DNA of 64,000 nt from positions 8,471-72,470 of the forward strand of contig JBOFUX010000041.1 in NCBI GenBank assembly GCA_051652785.1, read 5' to 3'. The stretch comes from Fusobacteriaceae bacterium (GTDB taxonomy: Bacteria > Fusobacteriota > Fusobacteriia > Fusobacteriales > Fusobacteriaceae). Shown piece by piece: positions 37,659 through 48,377 of the stretch. The position numbers and the translations under genes were made by a program. Under the pieces are notes generated by a model. It was given only the letters and a program-made list of their open reading frames with translations, ran no database searches and was not told where the DNA came from. Numbering within the stretch: the stretch's first letter is position 1; each line of letters begins with the position of its first letter.

Positions 37659-39446
37659 TTATATTTTGTTTTTATCTTCTTCTAATATAACTTTTAATGA
37701 AAGTTCCATCAATTGTTTTTCATCTACTTTTCCAGGTGCTTCTGTCATTAAACACTGCCCTTTATTTGTCTTAGGAAAAGGTATTACGTCTCTTATTGAA
37801 GTTTCTTTTAGCATTACCATAAGCCATCTATCTATTCCAAATGCCAAACCACCATGAGGTGGTGCTCCATATTTAAATGCATCTATGAAAAAACCAAACT
37901 TATCTCTTGCTTCTTCCGCTGAAAGTCCTAACTTTTCAAAAACTCTAGCTTGAACTTCTGGATTAAAAATTCTAATAGAACCTCCCCCAATCTCAGAACC
38001 GTTTAAAACCATATCATAAGAATTAGTTCTAATATCTTCCATCTCACCAGACATAAATAATTCCATATCCTCTGTTTTTATTGATGTAAAAGGGTGATGT
38101 TGTGCTTGGTATCTGCCCTCCTCCTCAGAATATTCAAACATTGGAAAATCAACTATCCATAAGAATTTAAACTCATTATTATTTATAAGATTCAGTTCTT
38201 TCCCTATTTTTAGTCTAAGTGCACCTAAAGCTCCAAATACAATTTTTTTTGTATCTGCTATAATTAATATTATATCTCCTACAACCGCTCCACTTCTATT
38301 AACTATAGCTTTCATTTTTTCTTCAGTAAAAAACTTTGCCACAGGGGAATTAACTCCCTCTTCTGTTATTTTTATGTATGCCATTCCCTTTGCACTAAAA
38401 TATGTTTTAGCATAATCTTCATATTCTCCAATCATTTTTCTGCTAAATTTTTCCGCAGCTCCTGGTGCAACAATACATTTTACTACTCCACCATTTTCTA
38501 CACAATTCTTAAATGCTGTAAATTCTCCATCTTTCACTATATCTGTTAAATCTTTTAACTCTACATCAAATCTTACATCTGGTTTATCTGAACCGTATCT
38601 TTCCATAGCTTCAAAATATGGCATTCTTTCAAATGAATAATTGGCTTCTTCTCCTGTTACATTTTTAAAAACTCTTTTTGCTAGCCCCTCTATTGTATCC
38701 ATTATATCATTTTGAGTTACAAAGGACATCTCTATATCTAGTTGAGTAAATTCAGGCTGTCTGTCTGCTCTTAAATCTTCATCTCTGAAACATTTAGCTA
38801 TTTGAAAATATTTTTCTATTCCACCTATCATAAGCAATTGCTTAAATAGTTGTGGAGATTGAGGTAAAGCATAAAACTCCCCTTGAGATATTCTACTTGG
38901 CACTAAGAAATCTCTTGCTCCTTCTGGAGTTGATTTTGTTAAAATAGGAGTATCAATATCTAAAAATTCTTGTTCATCCATATAATTTCTTATTGACATA
39001 ATCATTTTATGTCTCATTTTAAGATTATTTAACATTTGTGGTCTTCTCATATCTAAATATCTGTATTTTAATCTCATAGTTTCACTTACATTTTCATTTC
39101 CTGAAACTTGAAAAGGTAAAACATCACAAGGATTTAAAATTTCCAATTCAGTTGCAAATATTTCTATTTCCCCTGTTGGTATATTCATATTTTTACTATA
39201 TCTCTCTCTTACTATTCCTGAAACTGTTATAACAGATTCATTTTTTAATTTTTGAGCTGATTCTACTATTTCTTTTGCTACTACATCTATATCAAAAATT
39301 ATTTGAGTTTTTCCCTCTCTATCTCTTAAATCTATAAAAGTTAGACCACCTAAATCTCTTTTTGTATCTATCCAACCTGATAACGTTACTTTTTCTCCAA
39401 CATTGTTAAGTCTTAACTCTCCTAAATTATGCGTTTTATAAATCAT
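37659..39446 (-). CDS. aspS: Aspartate--tRNA ligase
   Basis: 595 aa, class IIb, with [18 protein letters not shown] and GLAFGIDR. Confidence 0.95.
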   Translation of the reverse strand: MIYKTHNLGELRLNNVGEKVTLSGWIDTKRDLGGLTFIDLRDREGKTQIIFDIDVVAKEIVESAQKLKNESVITVSGIVRERYSKNMNIPTGEIEIFATELEILNPCDVLPFQVSGNENVSETMRLKYRYLDMRRPQMLNNLKMRHKMIMSIRNYMDEQEFLDIDTPILTKSTPEGARDFLVPSRISQGEFYALPQSPQLFKQLLMIGGIEKYFQIAKCFRDEDLRADRQPEFTQLDIEMSFVTQNDIMDTIEGLAKRVFKNVTGEEANYSFERMPYFEAMERYGSDKPDVRFDVELKDLTDIVKDGEFTAFKNCVENGGVVKCIVAPGAAEKFSRKMIGEYEDYAKTYFSAKGMAYIKITEEGVNSPVAKFFTEEKMKAIVNRSGAVVGDIILIIADTKKIVFGALGALRLKIGKELNLINNNEFKFLWIVDFPMFEYSEEEGRYQAQHHPFTSIKTEDMELFMSGEMEDIRTNSYDMVLNGSEIGGGSIRIFNPEVQARVFEKLGLSAEEARDKFGFFIDAFKYGAPPHGGLAFGIDRWLMVMLKETSIRDVIPFPKTNKGQCLMTEAPGKVDEKQLMELSLKVILEEDKNKI

Positions 39447-40681
39447 ACTAATCTCTCCTTTATTTCTTCTAATGTAAGTTCAAACTGTTCTCTATTTTTA
39501 AAGTTTTTTAATAGATACTTTTTATTGTCTATTTCATTCTTCCCTATTAATATAGTATATTCAACACCTAATTTATCAGCTTTTTTCATCTGTGCTTTTA
39601 TGCTTTTTTCAGAATATTCCACTACAGTTTTTATTCCACTTACTCTCAATTCATTAGCTATTTTCATTGCTACCTCTATACTTTCATCACCTACCCAAGC
39701 TATATAAACCTTAGGTAAATTCAAAGGGAAATCATCTAAAAGCATCATAATTCTCTCTACTCCTGCAGCATAACCAAAAGCTGGTATTTCTTTATCACCT
39801 AGTTGTTTTAATAAATTATCGTATCTTCCACCACCTAATACAGTTCCTTGAGCACCTAATTTATTTGTTATAACTTCATAAACAGTTCCAGAATAATAAT
39901 CTAGTCCTCTTACAAGTCTTGAATCTTCTCTATAATTTATTTCAAATATTTTTAAATATTTTTTTAGCTCTTCATAGTGATTTTTTTCCTCTTTATCTAA
40001 TGAATCAATTATACTAGGGGCATCTTTAGTCAGAGATTTACATTTTTCATTTTTACAATCCAACACCCTTAGAGGATTATTTTCTTTTCTATTTTTACAA
40101 TCTTCACATAATTCTTCTTCCAGTGGTTTTAAAAACTTTAGAAGCTCATTTCTATATCTAGAACGAGAGTCACTTCCTCCAACAGAATTTATTACAAGTT
40201 CTAAATCTGTTATTTTAATTTTTTCTAAAAATTTATAACTCATAGCAATAACTTCTGCATCCAGTATTGGTGAACTTTCACCTAATACCTCTACACCTAT
40301 TTGATTAAACTCTCTCTGTCTTCCAGCTTGAGGTCTTTCATATCTAAACATAGAACCAATATAATAAAATCTGCTTATTTCTTCATGTCCATAAATTTTA
40401 TTTTCTAAATAAGCTCTCACCACTGAAGCCGTTCCTTCGGGTCTTAAAGTTATACTTCTATCTCCCTTATCCATGAAAGTATACATTTCTTTATCTACAA
40501 CATCTGTTCCTTCTCCTATGCCTCTTTTAAACAATGCTGTCTCTTCAAAGATTGGAGTTTTTATCATTCCATAACCATAGTTATCAAAAAATTTTGCTGC
40601 ATTTTCTGTCACATAATTATATTTTATACTTGTAGTTCCATATATATCTTTAGTTCCTCTGACACCTTTTATAAGTTCCAT
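39443..40681 (-). CDS. hisS: Histidine--tRNA ligase
   Basis: 412 aa with [17 protein letters not shown] and GGGRYD. It has a 4-nt overlap with aspS. Confidence 0.95.
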   Translation of the reverse strand: MELIKGVRGTKDIYGTTSIKYNYVTENAAKFFDNYGYGMIKTPIFEETALFKRGIGEGTDVVDKEMYTFMDKGDRSITLRPEGTASVVRAYLENKIYGHEEISRFYYIGSMFRYERPQAGRQREFNQIGVEVLGESSPILDAEVIAMSYKFLEKIKITDLELVINSVGGSDSRSRYRNELLKFLKPLEEELCEDCKNRKENNPLRVLDCKNEKCKSLTKDAPSIIDSLDKEEKNHYEELKKYLKIFEINYREDSRLVRGLDYYSGTVYEVITNKLGAQGTVLGGGRYDNLLKQLGDKEIPAFGYAAGVERIMMLLDDFPLNLPKVYIAWVGDESIEVAMKIANELRVSGIKTVVEYSEKSIKAQMKKADKLGVEYTILIGKNEIDNKKYLLKNFKNREQFELTLEEIKERLV

Positions 40682-40694
40682 ATTTTACCTCTCT

Positions 40695-41927
40695 TTATTT
40701 AATTTTCCATAAATTTTCTTGTTTTTCCTTTATTAACTTTTCATTTCTGTTATCTCCTGGGATGTAGTAACAACCATATTTTTCTGAGTATTTCTGGATA
40801 ACAAAATTATTTGGAAAGTCATGAGGATATTTATATCCTTGTGCATTTGAATCTATATGCTTTGGAACTTTTTCAATTTCATTTTTTTTTAAATCTTCTA
40901 ATACATTATTTATAGCATTATAGCACGAAGGACTTTTTGAAGATATAGCTAAATAAATAGTCACTTGTGCTAATATTATTCTAATTTCAGGCATTCCTAT
41001 TTTTTCACTTGCTGTTAGAGCTGAAGTTGCCATGAGAAGTGCCTCAGGATTTGCCATTCCAATATCCTCACTGGCTAAAACAGTTAATCTCCTTGCTATA
41101 TATCTGGGATCTTCCCCACCATTTAAAAGTTGTCCCATCCAATAAACTGAACTATCTGGATCACTTCCTCTTATACTTTTTATCATAGCTGAAATTATAT
41201 TATATTTATCCTCTTCTTTATTAAAACTAGATTTTCTTTCAGTGAAAACTTCTAAAAGTTCTTCAGTATCTAAATCTTTCCCTACATTTCCATATAACTC
41301 TAAATAGTTTATAGCTATTCTGCTATCTCCTCTAGACATGGAAATTATTATTTCTATTAATTTTTCTGGTATATTATTTAAATTCAAATATTTTATGCCT
41401 CTTTTTAATATTAATTCTATATTATAACTAGTCAGAGGTTTAAACTCAAATACTAAAACCCTTGATAGAAGAGCATTATTCAAATTATAATATGGATTTT
41501 CTGTAGTGGCGCCTATTAATATTATAGTTCCAGATTCAGTGCTAGAAAGAAGAGAATCTTGTTGTAATTTATTAAATCTATGAATTTCATCTAAAAATAA
41601 TATTGTTTTTTTTCCATAATATTCTAGATTTTTTTTTGCTTTTTCTATTACTAGTTTTAACTCAGCAACTCCTGATGTTGTTGCATTTAAAATTTCAAAA
41701 TTATATGATAGTTCCTTAGATATGATTTCACCTAAAGAGGTTTTTCCCACTCCTGGTGGTCCGTAAAATACTGAATTAGTTAGCTTCTTTTGCTCTATAA
41801 GTTTTCTCAAAACTTTACCATCACCTAAAATTTTATCTTGACCTACAAAATCATCTAAAGATGTGGGTCTTAATTTTAAAGCCAGTGGCTGAAAATTTTT
41901 ATGATTATCACTAAATATATTTTTCAT
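40695..41927 (-). CDS. rarA: Replication-associated recombination protein A (AAA+ ATPase)
   Basis: Contains GPPGVGKTS and LFLDEIHRFNK. I prefer the ATG at 41927 (GAGGGA RBS 5 nt upstream) over the longer TTG-initiated ORF ending at 41948. Confidence 0.9.
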   Translation of the reverse strand: MKNIFSDNHKNFQPLALKLRPTSLDDFVGQDKILGDGKVLRKLIEQKKLTNSVFYGPPGVGKTSLGEIISKELSYNFEILNATTSGVAELKLVIEKAKKNLEYYGKKTILFLDEIHRFNKLQQDSLLSSTESGTIILIGATTENPYYNLNNALLSRVLVFEFKPLTSYNIELILKRGIKYLNLNNIPEKLIEIIISMSRGDSRIAINYLELYGNVGKDLDTEELLEVFTERKSSFNKEEDKYNIISAMIKSIRGSDPDSSVYWMGQLLNGGEDPRYIARRLTVLASEDIGMANPEALLMATSALTASEKIGMPEIRIILAQVTIYLAISSKSPSCYNAINNVLEDLKKNEIEKVPKHIDSNAQGYKYPHDFPNNFVIQKYSEKYGCYYIPGDNRNEKLIKEKQENLWKIK

Positions 41928-41940
41928 TTGTCCCTCTCTA

Positions 41941-41975
41941 AAAAACAAAAGGCGTATTGACTGGCAATACGCCTC
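41941..41975 (-). terminator. Intrinsic terminator after secG
   Basis: AGGCGTATTG (41950-41959) pairs with CAATACGCCT (41965-41974), followed on the minus strand by TTTTGTTTTT. Confidence 0.65.
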
Positions 41976-41980
41976 TTACA

Positions 41981-42217
41981 TTATTTTATAATATATAGAA
42001 CAAGTGCAGAAACTACAAATATTATTGCAGCTATTGTTGTTGCTTTAGCTAGTGGTCCCCCATCCTTCGATATACCAAAAATTGTTGTAGAAGCTCCTGA
42101 TCCCATACTAGACGTCATTCCGTTTGTTCTATCTGGTTGAATAAGAACTAATCCTATTAAAGCTACCGCAGATATAAAAAGTACCACTGTTACTAAACTT
42201 TCCATATTTTCCTCCAT
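41981..42217 (-). CDS. secG: Preprotein translocase subunit SecG
   Basis: 78 aa with two TM segments flanking a Gly/Ser-rich loop, which is typical SecG size and pattern. Confidence 0.8.
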   Translation of the reverse strand: MEENMESLVTVVLFISAVALIGLVLIQPDRTNGMTSSMGSGASTTIFGISKDGGPLAKATTIAAIIFVVSALVLYIIK

Positions 42218-42315
42218 ATTTTATTTTATGTTATATTATATAATATAACTATGAAAATTAAAAGAAAAATTTTCTTTTAATTTCACTTATAATTTATAAA
42301 TATAAAGTAGCTCTA

Positions 42316-42912
42316 TTATTTATCTCTTATTTTTTTCAAAACAAATTTTATAGCAGTTTCTATATTTTTTATTTTCCTTATTTCTTCTTTGCTAATTAAT
42401 TTATCAATCTCTTTTTTATTATAGCCTAAACTTCCAAGAGCTAGGTATAATTCTTCCTCTAAAATAATACTTTCCTCTATTTTTTCATGTGATTCTAGTG
42501 CAATTATATTCAGTGATGTCATTTTATTTTTTAAATCTAATATAATTTGTTTTGATTTTTTTTCTCCTAATTTTGGAACAGTTTTTAAAGTTTTAAAATC
42601 CTCTTCTATTACAATTCTTTTAATTTCCCTAATTTCAAAAGATGATAAAATAGCTAGTGCTAAAGATACACCAATTCCTGATACACTTAATAACATTTCA
42701 AAAATAGTTCTATCTTTTTCCTCTAGAAAACCGATAAGTTTAAAAGCATCTTCTTTTATATAGTTATATATGTATAGTTTTTCTTCTTTTTCCACCTGAA
42801 TTTTTTCATATGTTTTTAAGGATATAAATATTTTATATCCTATTCCATTTACATCTAATGCTAAATACTCTGGTTTTTTACACTGTACTTCCCCTCTTAA
42901 ATATTCAAACAT
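42316..42912 (-). CDS. ruvA: Holliday junction branch migration complex subunit RuvA
   Basis: 198 aa. Starts MFEYLRGEV and contains HhH motifs (VSGIGVSLALAILS, VPKLGEKKSKQIILDL). Confidence 0.9.
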   Translation of the reverse strand: MFEYLRGEVQCKKPEYLALDVNGIGYKIFISLKTYEKIQVEKEEKLYIYNYIKEDAFKLIGFLEEKDRTIFEMLLSVSGIGVSLALAILSSFEIREIKRIVIEEDFKTLKTVPKLGEKKSKQIILDLKNKMTSLNIIALESHEKIEESIILEEELYLALGSLGYNKKEIDKLISKEEIRKIKNIETAIKFVLKKIRDK

Positions 42913-42925
42913 AGCTGCCCCTTTT

Positions 42926-45766
42926 TTATATTTTTTTATTAGATAAAACTTTTTTTAAATAATGTCCTGTATAACTTTTTTTGTTTTTAGAGACTTCTTC
43001 TGGTGTTCCTACTGCAATCACTTTTCCACCCATATCTCCACCTTCAGGACCTATATCAATTATATAGTCTGCTGATTTAATTACATCTAAATTATGTTCA
43101 ATTATTATAACTGTATTTCCTTTTTTCACTAATCTATTTAGAACTCCAAGTAGTTTTCTAATATCTTCAAAATGCAACCCTGTTGTAGGTTCATCTAATA
43201 TGTATATAGTTTTTCCACGAGATGTTTTTGATAGTTCACTTGCAAGTTTTATTCTCTGAGCTTCTCCCCCTGATAAAGTAGTTGCTGGTTGTCCAAGCTT
43301 TATATAATCTAGTCCCACATCTATAAGCACTTTTAATTTTTTTTCTAAATTAGGAATAGCTTGAAAAAAATTATATGCTTCTAAAACTGTCATTTCCAAA
43401 ACTTCAGCTATATTTTTATTTTTATAACGAGCTTCTAATGTATCTTTATTGTATCTTTTTCCTTTACAAACTTCACATTCTACATATACATCTGGAAGAA
43501 AATTCATCTCTATTTTCATTATTCCTGCCCCTTGACAAGCCTCGCATCTTCCACCTTTTACATTGAAAGAAAATCTTCCTTTATTCCAACCTTTAATTTT
43601 TGAATCTTTCGTTTCAGAAAAAATATTTCTGATTTCATCAAAAATTTTAGTATAAGTAGCTGGATTGGACCTTGGAGTTCTTCCTATTGGATTTTGGTCT
43701 ATATCTACAACTTTTTCTAAATCTTCTAATCCACTTAACGATTTGTATTCTAAAGGATAAACTTTTCCACCATTTAATTTGTTAAAAAGAGCTGGAAAAA
43801 GAGTTTGATTTATCAGTGTAGATTTTCCACTTCCACTAACACCTGTTATTACAGTCATAACACCCTTTGGTATTTTTGCATTTATATTTTTAAGATTGTT
43901 TCCAGTAGCACCACAAATCTCAATATATTCCTTTAACTCTCTTCTTATTTTTGGAGTTTTTATTTTTAATATTTTATTTAAATATTGTCCAGTTACTGAA
44001 GTTTCTGAAGCTAACATTTCTGTTGGTGTTCCTTTAAAAACTACATATCCACCGTTTATTCCTGCACCAGGACCTATATCAATTATATAGTCTGCTTGTC
44101 TCATGGTATCCTCGTCATGTTCTACAACAATTAATGTATTACCTAATTTTTTTAGTTTGGAAAGAGTGAGTAAAAGTTTATCATTATCCCTTTGATGCAA
44201 TCCAATGCTTGGCTCGTCTAAAACATATAATACACCAGTCAAACCTGACCCAATTTGAGTTGCTAGTCTTATTCTTTGAGATTCTCCCCCTGATAAAGTT
44301 TTAGTTCCTCTCGCTAAACTTAAATAATCTAAACCTACATTTATCATAAAATTTAATCTTTCTTTTATTTCTTTTAATATTTCCTTTGCTATTTTTTCTT
44401 GTTTTGATGTTAAATTTAAATCTATAAAAAAATCTAAGGATTTTCTTATACTTAGTTCACAAATTTCAATTATATTTAATTCACCAACAGTTATAGATAA
44501 AACTTCTGGTTTAAGTCTTTTTCCTCCACATACTTTACAAATTTTTTCAACCATATACTTGTTTTCTATCTCATCTTTCATAGCCTCAGAGAAACTTTCG
44601 GCATATCGTCTTTCTAAATTTGTTACTATTCCTTCAAATTCTTTAAGTCCATGAAAACTATATTCACCATCATAATCTACACGAAATTTTTTTCCCTCAG
44701 TTCCATAAAATATTATATTTTTATTTTTTTCTGAAAGTTTTTCAAAAGGTTTATTCATGTCTATTTTAAAATTATTACACATGGATTTAAATATTTCCCA
44801 AGAGTACCCTTTTCTTACTGAAGCTCCTGGAACATATATTCCTCCATTATTTAAACTAAGTTTTTTATCTAAAATTAGTCTATTTTCATCTACTTCCATT
44901 TTTTTTCCAATACCTTTACATTCAGGACAAGCACCATAAGGAGCATTAAAAGAAAATAGTCTAGAATTTAGTTCGGGAATACTAACATTTTCATGGTAAG
45001 GGCAGCTTAAATTTTCACTATATGGATAATCTATATCATCTATATTTAATATTATTTTTCCGTTGGAGAGTTCAGAAGCGTGCTCAAGCCCTTCAGTTAA
45101 TCTTCCTAAAAACTCCTCTTCTTCTTTTTTTATAACTAATCTATCAATTATAACTTCTATGTTATGCTTCTTATTTTTATCTAAATCTATCTCATCTTCT
45201 AAATATAAGATTTGATTATTGATCCTTGCTCTAACAAAACCTTTTTTTAATAAATTGATAAATAAATTTTTATGAGTTCCTTTTTTGTCTTTTATTACTG
45301 GAGATAAAATAACTAATTTTTGACCTGTTTTAAATTTTTCTAAAACATTATTATATATCTCTTCGATTGTTTGTTTCTCTACTGGAGTATTGCATATAGG
45401 GCAATGGGGCGTTCCAATATGTGCAAATAAAAGTCTCATATAATCGTAAACTTCTGTTATAGTTCCAACAGTGGAACGGGGATTTTTATTAGTAGTCTTT
45501 TGCTCTATGGATATCGCTGGTGACAATCCCTCTATACTATCTATATCCGGCTTATCCATTTGTCCTATAAACTGTCTTGCATAGGCAGATAAACTCTCAA
45601 CATATCTTCTTTGCCCCTCAGAATAAATTGTATCAAATGCAAGTGAGGATTTTCCACTTCCACTAACACCTGTAATTACTACAAAACTATTTTTAGGTAT
45701 TTCAATATTTATATTTTTTAGATTATGTTGTCTTGCTCCTTTTATTATAATTTTATCTAACACCAA
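42926..45766 (-). CDS. uvrA: Excinuclease ABC subunit A
   Basis: 946 aa with two ABC modules (GVSGSGKSS twice, LSGGESQR/LSGGEAQR) and zinc-finger cysteines. Confidence 0.97.
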   Translation of the reverse strand: MVLDKIIIKGARQHNLKNINIEIPKNSFVVITGVSGSGKSSLAFDTIYSEGQRRYVESLSAYARQFIGQMDKPDIDSIEGLSPAISIEQKTTNKNPRSTVGTITEVYDYMRLLFAHIGTPHCPICNTPVEKQTIEEIYNNVLEKFKTGQKLVILSPVIKDKKGTHKNLFINLLKKGFVRARINNQILYLEDEIDLDKNKKHNIEVIIDRLVIKKEEEEFLGRLTEGLEHASELSNGKIILNIDDIDYPYSENLSCPYHENVSIPELNSRLFSFNAPYGACPECKGIGKKMEVDENRLILDKKLSLNNGGIYVPGASVRKGYSWEIFKSMCNNFKIDMNKPFEKLSEKNKNIIFYGTEGKKFRVDYDGEYSFHGLKEFEGIVTNLERRYAESFSEAMKDEIENKYMVEKICKVCGGKRLKPEVLSITVGELNIIEICELSIRKSLDFFIDLNLTSKQEKIAKEILKEIKERLNFMINVGLDYLSLARGTKTLSGGESQRIRLATQIGSGLTGVLYVLDEPSIGLHQRDNDKLLLTLSKLKKLGNTLIVVEHDEDTMRQADYIIDIGPGAGINGGYVVFKGTPTEMLASETSVTGQYLNKILKIKTPKIRRELKEYIEICGATGNNLKNINAKIPKGVMTVITGVSGSGKSTLINQTLFPALFNKLNGGKVYPLEYKSLSGLEDLEKVVDIDQNPIGRTPRSNPATYTKIFDEIRNIFSETKDSKIKGWNKGRFSFNVKGGRCEACQGAGIMKIEMNFLPDVYVECEVCKGKRYNKDTLEARYKNKNIAEVLEMTVLEAYNFFQAIPNLEKKLKVLIDVGLDYIKLGQPATTLSGGEAQRIKLASELSKTSRGKTIYILDEPTTGLHFEDIRKLLGVLNRLVKKGNTVIIIEHNLDVIKSADYIIDIGPEGGDMGGKVIAVGTPEEVSKNKKSYTGHYLKKVLSNKKI

Positions 45767-46038
45767 ATATCTCCTTTTACTTTTTTATACAATTCTATCA
45801 TAAAAACAAGCTATTTTTAAATATATATTTATATATTTTAATTTTTATAAATTATTTATTTAGTTTTATTACAATTTAATTGACAAATATATTAAAACAT
45901 TGTACATTATTTAAAATATAAATATATTATCTCAGAAATATATTTTATACTCATATGTTAGCTATATGATATACGAAAAGAATTAGGTATCTAAAAATAG
46001 ATAAGACTTGTTTTAATATAAAATAATAGGGGGGGAAA

Positions 46039-46794
46039 ATGGAATTACTATATATGAATTCAGATGATGCAGAAAAAAATTTTAAAAAAAATAGTATAGG
46101 AATTTTAGTGATTGGTAGTATCGAGCAACATGGTGCTCACGCTCCTTTAGGTACAGATTTTATTATCCCTAACTTTTTAGCAAATGAGATAAAAAAAAGA
46201 GAAGATGTTATTCTTCTTCCTGGAATTCCATATGGAGTGTGTACCTCTATTAAAGAGTTTCCTGGAACCATTGATATTGGATATGATGTTTTATTAAATT
46301 TACTTCGTTCTATTATTAAAAGTGTTTCTTATTTTGGAATGAAAAAAATAATTTTCATAAATGGTCACGGAGGAAATATTTCTGTATTAGATAGAGTTGC
46401 ACTTGAATTTTATAGCCACGGTGGAATAATAGCAACTTTAGACTGGTGGCTAATCGCAAAGGAGATAAATCCTAAATATGGAGGTGGACATGGAGATATT
46501 CAAGAAACTAGTGCAGTTATGGCTATTGCACCTGAAAGTGTAAATTTAGATTTATGCAAACCACCTATAGTTAAGCAATTATCTAAAAATTTATCTAATA
46601 AATATATTTCAAACTATACTTTTAAAAATGGAACAGTGAAAATACAAAAAACTTTTATTGATGTTGCACCTAATGGCTGGATTGGTCCATTGGACCCTAA
46701 AAATTCAAGTGAAAAACTTGGAAAAGAAATGATGAATGAAATGACAGCATATATAAATTCTTTTATTGATGAATTTAAAACTATTGTAAGATAA
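46039..46794 (+). CDS. Creatininase-family amidohydrolase
   Basis: 251 aa with GSIEQHGAHAPLGTD and INGHGGN, the metal-ligand motifs of the creatininase family. Confidence 0.75.
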   Translation: MELLYMNSDDAEKNFKKNSIGILVIGSIEQHGAHAPLGTDFIIPNFLANEIKKREDVILLPGIPYGVCTSIKEFPGTIDIGYDVLLNLLRSIIKSVSYFGMKKIIFINGHGGNISVLDRVALEFYSHGGIIATLDWWLIAKEINPKYGGGHGDIQETSAVMAIAPESVNLDLCKPPIVKQLSKNLSNKYISNYTFKNGTVKIQKTFIDVAPNGWIGPLDPKNSSEKLGKEMMNEMTAYINSFIDEFKTIVR

Positions 46795-46806
46795 TTAAGG
46801 AGATAT

Positions 46807-48312
46807 ATGAATAAAAAATTTATTTTTATATTTGCATTTATTTTATTAACAATATCTTGCTCAAAACAAAAGAAAAATAATATAACTGATAAAACCTTAG
46901 TTATATCTCAAGGAGCTGATCCTCGTTCATTAGATCCTCACAAGGCTATTGATACACCATCAGTAAGAGTTTATTCCCAAATTTATGATCAGCTAGTACG
47001 TCATAATATAAATATGGAAATAGAGCCTAATTTAGCTAAGAATTGGACTTGGGAAAATCCCACAGAGATAATTTTTAATTTAGAAGAAAATGTGAGATTT
47101 CATAATGGAGATAAATTAACTGCATCAGACGTTAAATTTTCATTGGAAAGAATGTTTATCTCACCTACAGTCTCATTTTTGATTAATGAAATTAATAAAA
47201 TAGAAGTTATAAATGAAACTACTATTAAAATAACTACAAAGCAACCATTTGGTCCATTACTTAGCCATTTAGCACACCCTGGTGCAGGTATATTAAATGA
47301 AAAACATACCAACTCTTTAGGGGCACAGTATGGTATTTCTCCTATGGGAACTGGACCTTTTAAGTTTTCAGAATGGATTCCTGGTGATAATGTAAAATTA
47401 GTCTCAAATTTAGAATATTATCGTGGTACTACTCCTATTAAAAATATAATGTTTAAAAATATTGTTGAGGGTAATAATAGAACAATTGGATTAGAAACTA
47501 AAGAACTTGATATTTCATATGATGTAGAACCAATGGATATAAATATAATAAAAAATGAAAAAGATTTATCTCTATTATCAAAGAAATCTTTAGGAACAGC
47601 ATATCTTGGATTAAATATGAATAAAAAACCATTTAATCAAAAAGAAATAAGACAAGCTATTGCATATTCACTAGACGCTGAATCTATTGAAAAAATAATT
47701 TACAATGGAGCAGCTACAATAGCGGATTCGCCGTTAAGCCCTCAAATAAAAGGGTATAAAAGTAGTCGCAAATACAATAAAAATATTTTAAAAGCTAAGG
47801 AACTTCTTTCTATTGCTGGTTATCCTCACGGTTTTAAAATGAAAATTTGGGTAAATGATAGTCAGATAAGAAAAGATATTGCTACAATATTTCAGGCACA
47901 GCTAAAAGAAGTTGGAATAGACGTTATAATAGAAACTATGGAATGGGGGTCTTATCTTGAGGCAACAGCAAGAGGAGAACATGATTCTTATCTATTAGGT
48001 TGGTCTACTGTTACAGGAGATGCAGATTATGGACTATACCCTTTATTTCATTCTTCTAACTTTGGTCGTCCTGGAAATAGATCTTTTTATAAAAATGAAA
48101 AAGTTGATACTTTTTTAGAGGAAGCTAGAGCGACCATTGAAGTAAAAAAAAGAATTGAACTTTATGAAGCTATTCAAGATATAATTCAAGAAGAACTTCC
48201 TATTATCACCTTTGTATTTGTTGGTCAAAATGTCGGAATAAATACAAAAGTTTTAAACTTCAATCTTCACCCAACTGGATATCATGAGCTATATCAAGTG
48301 GATACTAAATAA
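46807..48312 (+). CDS. ABC substrate-binding protein, family 5 (peptide/nickel type), probable lipoprotein
   Basis: 501 aa with a signal peptide ending ..LLTISCSK and the SBP_bac_5 pattern (LVISQGADPRSLDPH…). No cognate permease or ATPase genes are adjacent. Confidence 0.8.
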   Translation: MNKKFIFIFAFILLTISCSKQKKNNITDKTLVISQGADPRSLDPHKAIDTPSVRVYSQIYDQLVRHNINMEIEPNLAKNWTWENPTEIIFNLEENVRFHNGDKLTASDVKFSLERMFISPTVSFLINEINKIEVINETTIKITTKQPFGPLLSHLAHPGAGILNEKHTNSLGAQYGISPMGTGPFKFSEWIPGDNVKLVSNLEYYRGTTPIKNIMFKNIVEGNNRTIGLETKELDISYDVEPMDINIIKNEKDLSLLSKKSLGTAYLGLNMNKKPFNQKEIRQAIAYSLDAESIEKIIYNGAATIADSPLSPQIKGYKSSRKYNKNILKAKELLSIAGYPHGFKMKIWVNDSQIRKDIATIFQAQLKEVGIDVIIETMEWGSYLEATARGEHDSYLLGWSTVTGDADYGLYPLFHSSNFGRPGNRSFYKNEKVDTFLEEARATIEVKKRIELYEAIQDIIQEELPIITFVFVGQNVGINTKVLNFNLHPTGYHELYQVDTK

Positions 48313-48377
48313 AATCTTTATTTAGCAAAAAAGAATATTATTATTTATATTCTTAATATAAATTCTGGAGGAAAATT

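Noticed and set aside
40695-41948. Longer N-termini given by the ORF track for rarA (41948), rqcH (52181), rpe (53484), ribU (63745) and pepS (10733)
   Set aside because: In each case an internal ATG has a properly spaced Shine-Dalgarno sequence. The extension either overlaps the upstream gene or starts at a TTG lacking an RBS. Shorter starts are reported instead, at moderate certainty.
48331-48354. Calling the argG-upstream palindrome a canonical ARG box
   Set aside because: The half-sites are separated by about 8-10 nt instead of the 4 nt in TGAAT-WWWW-ATTCA. It is reported only as a possible operator.
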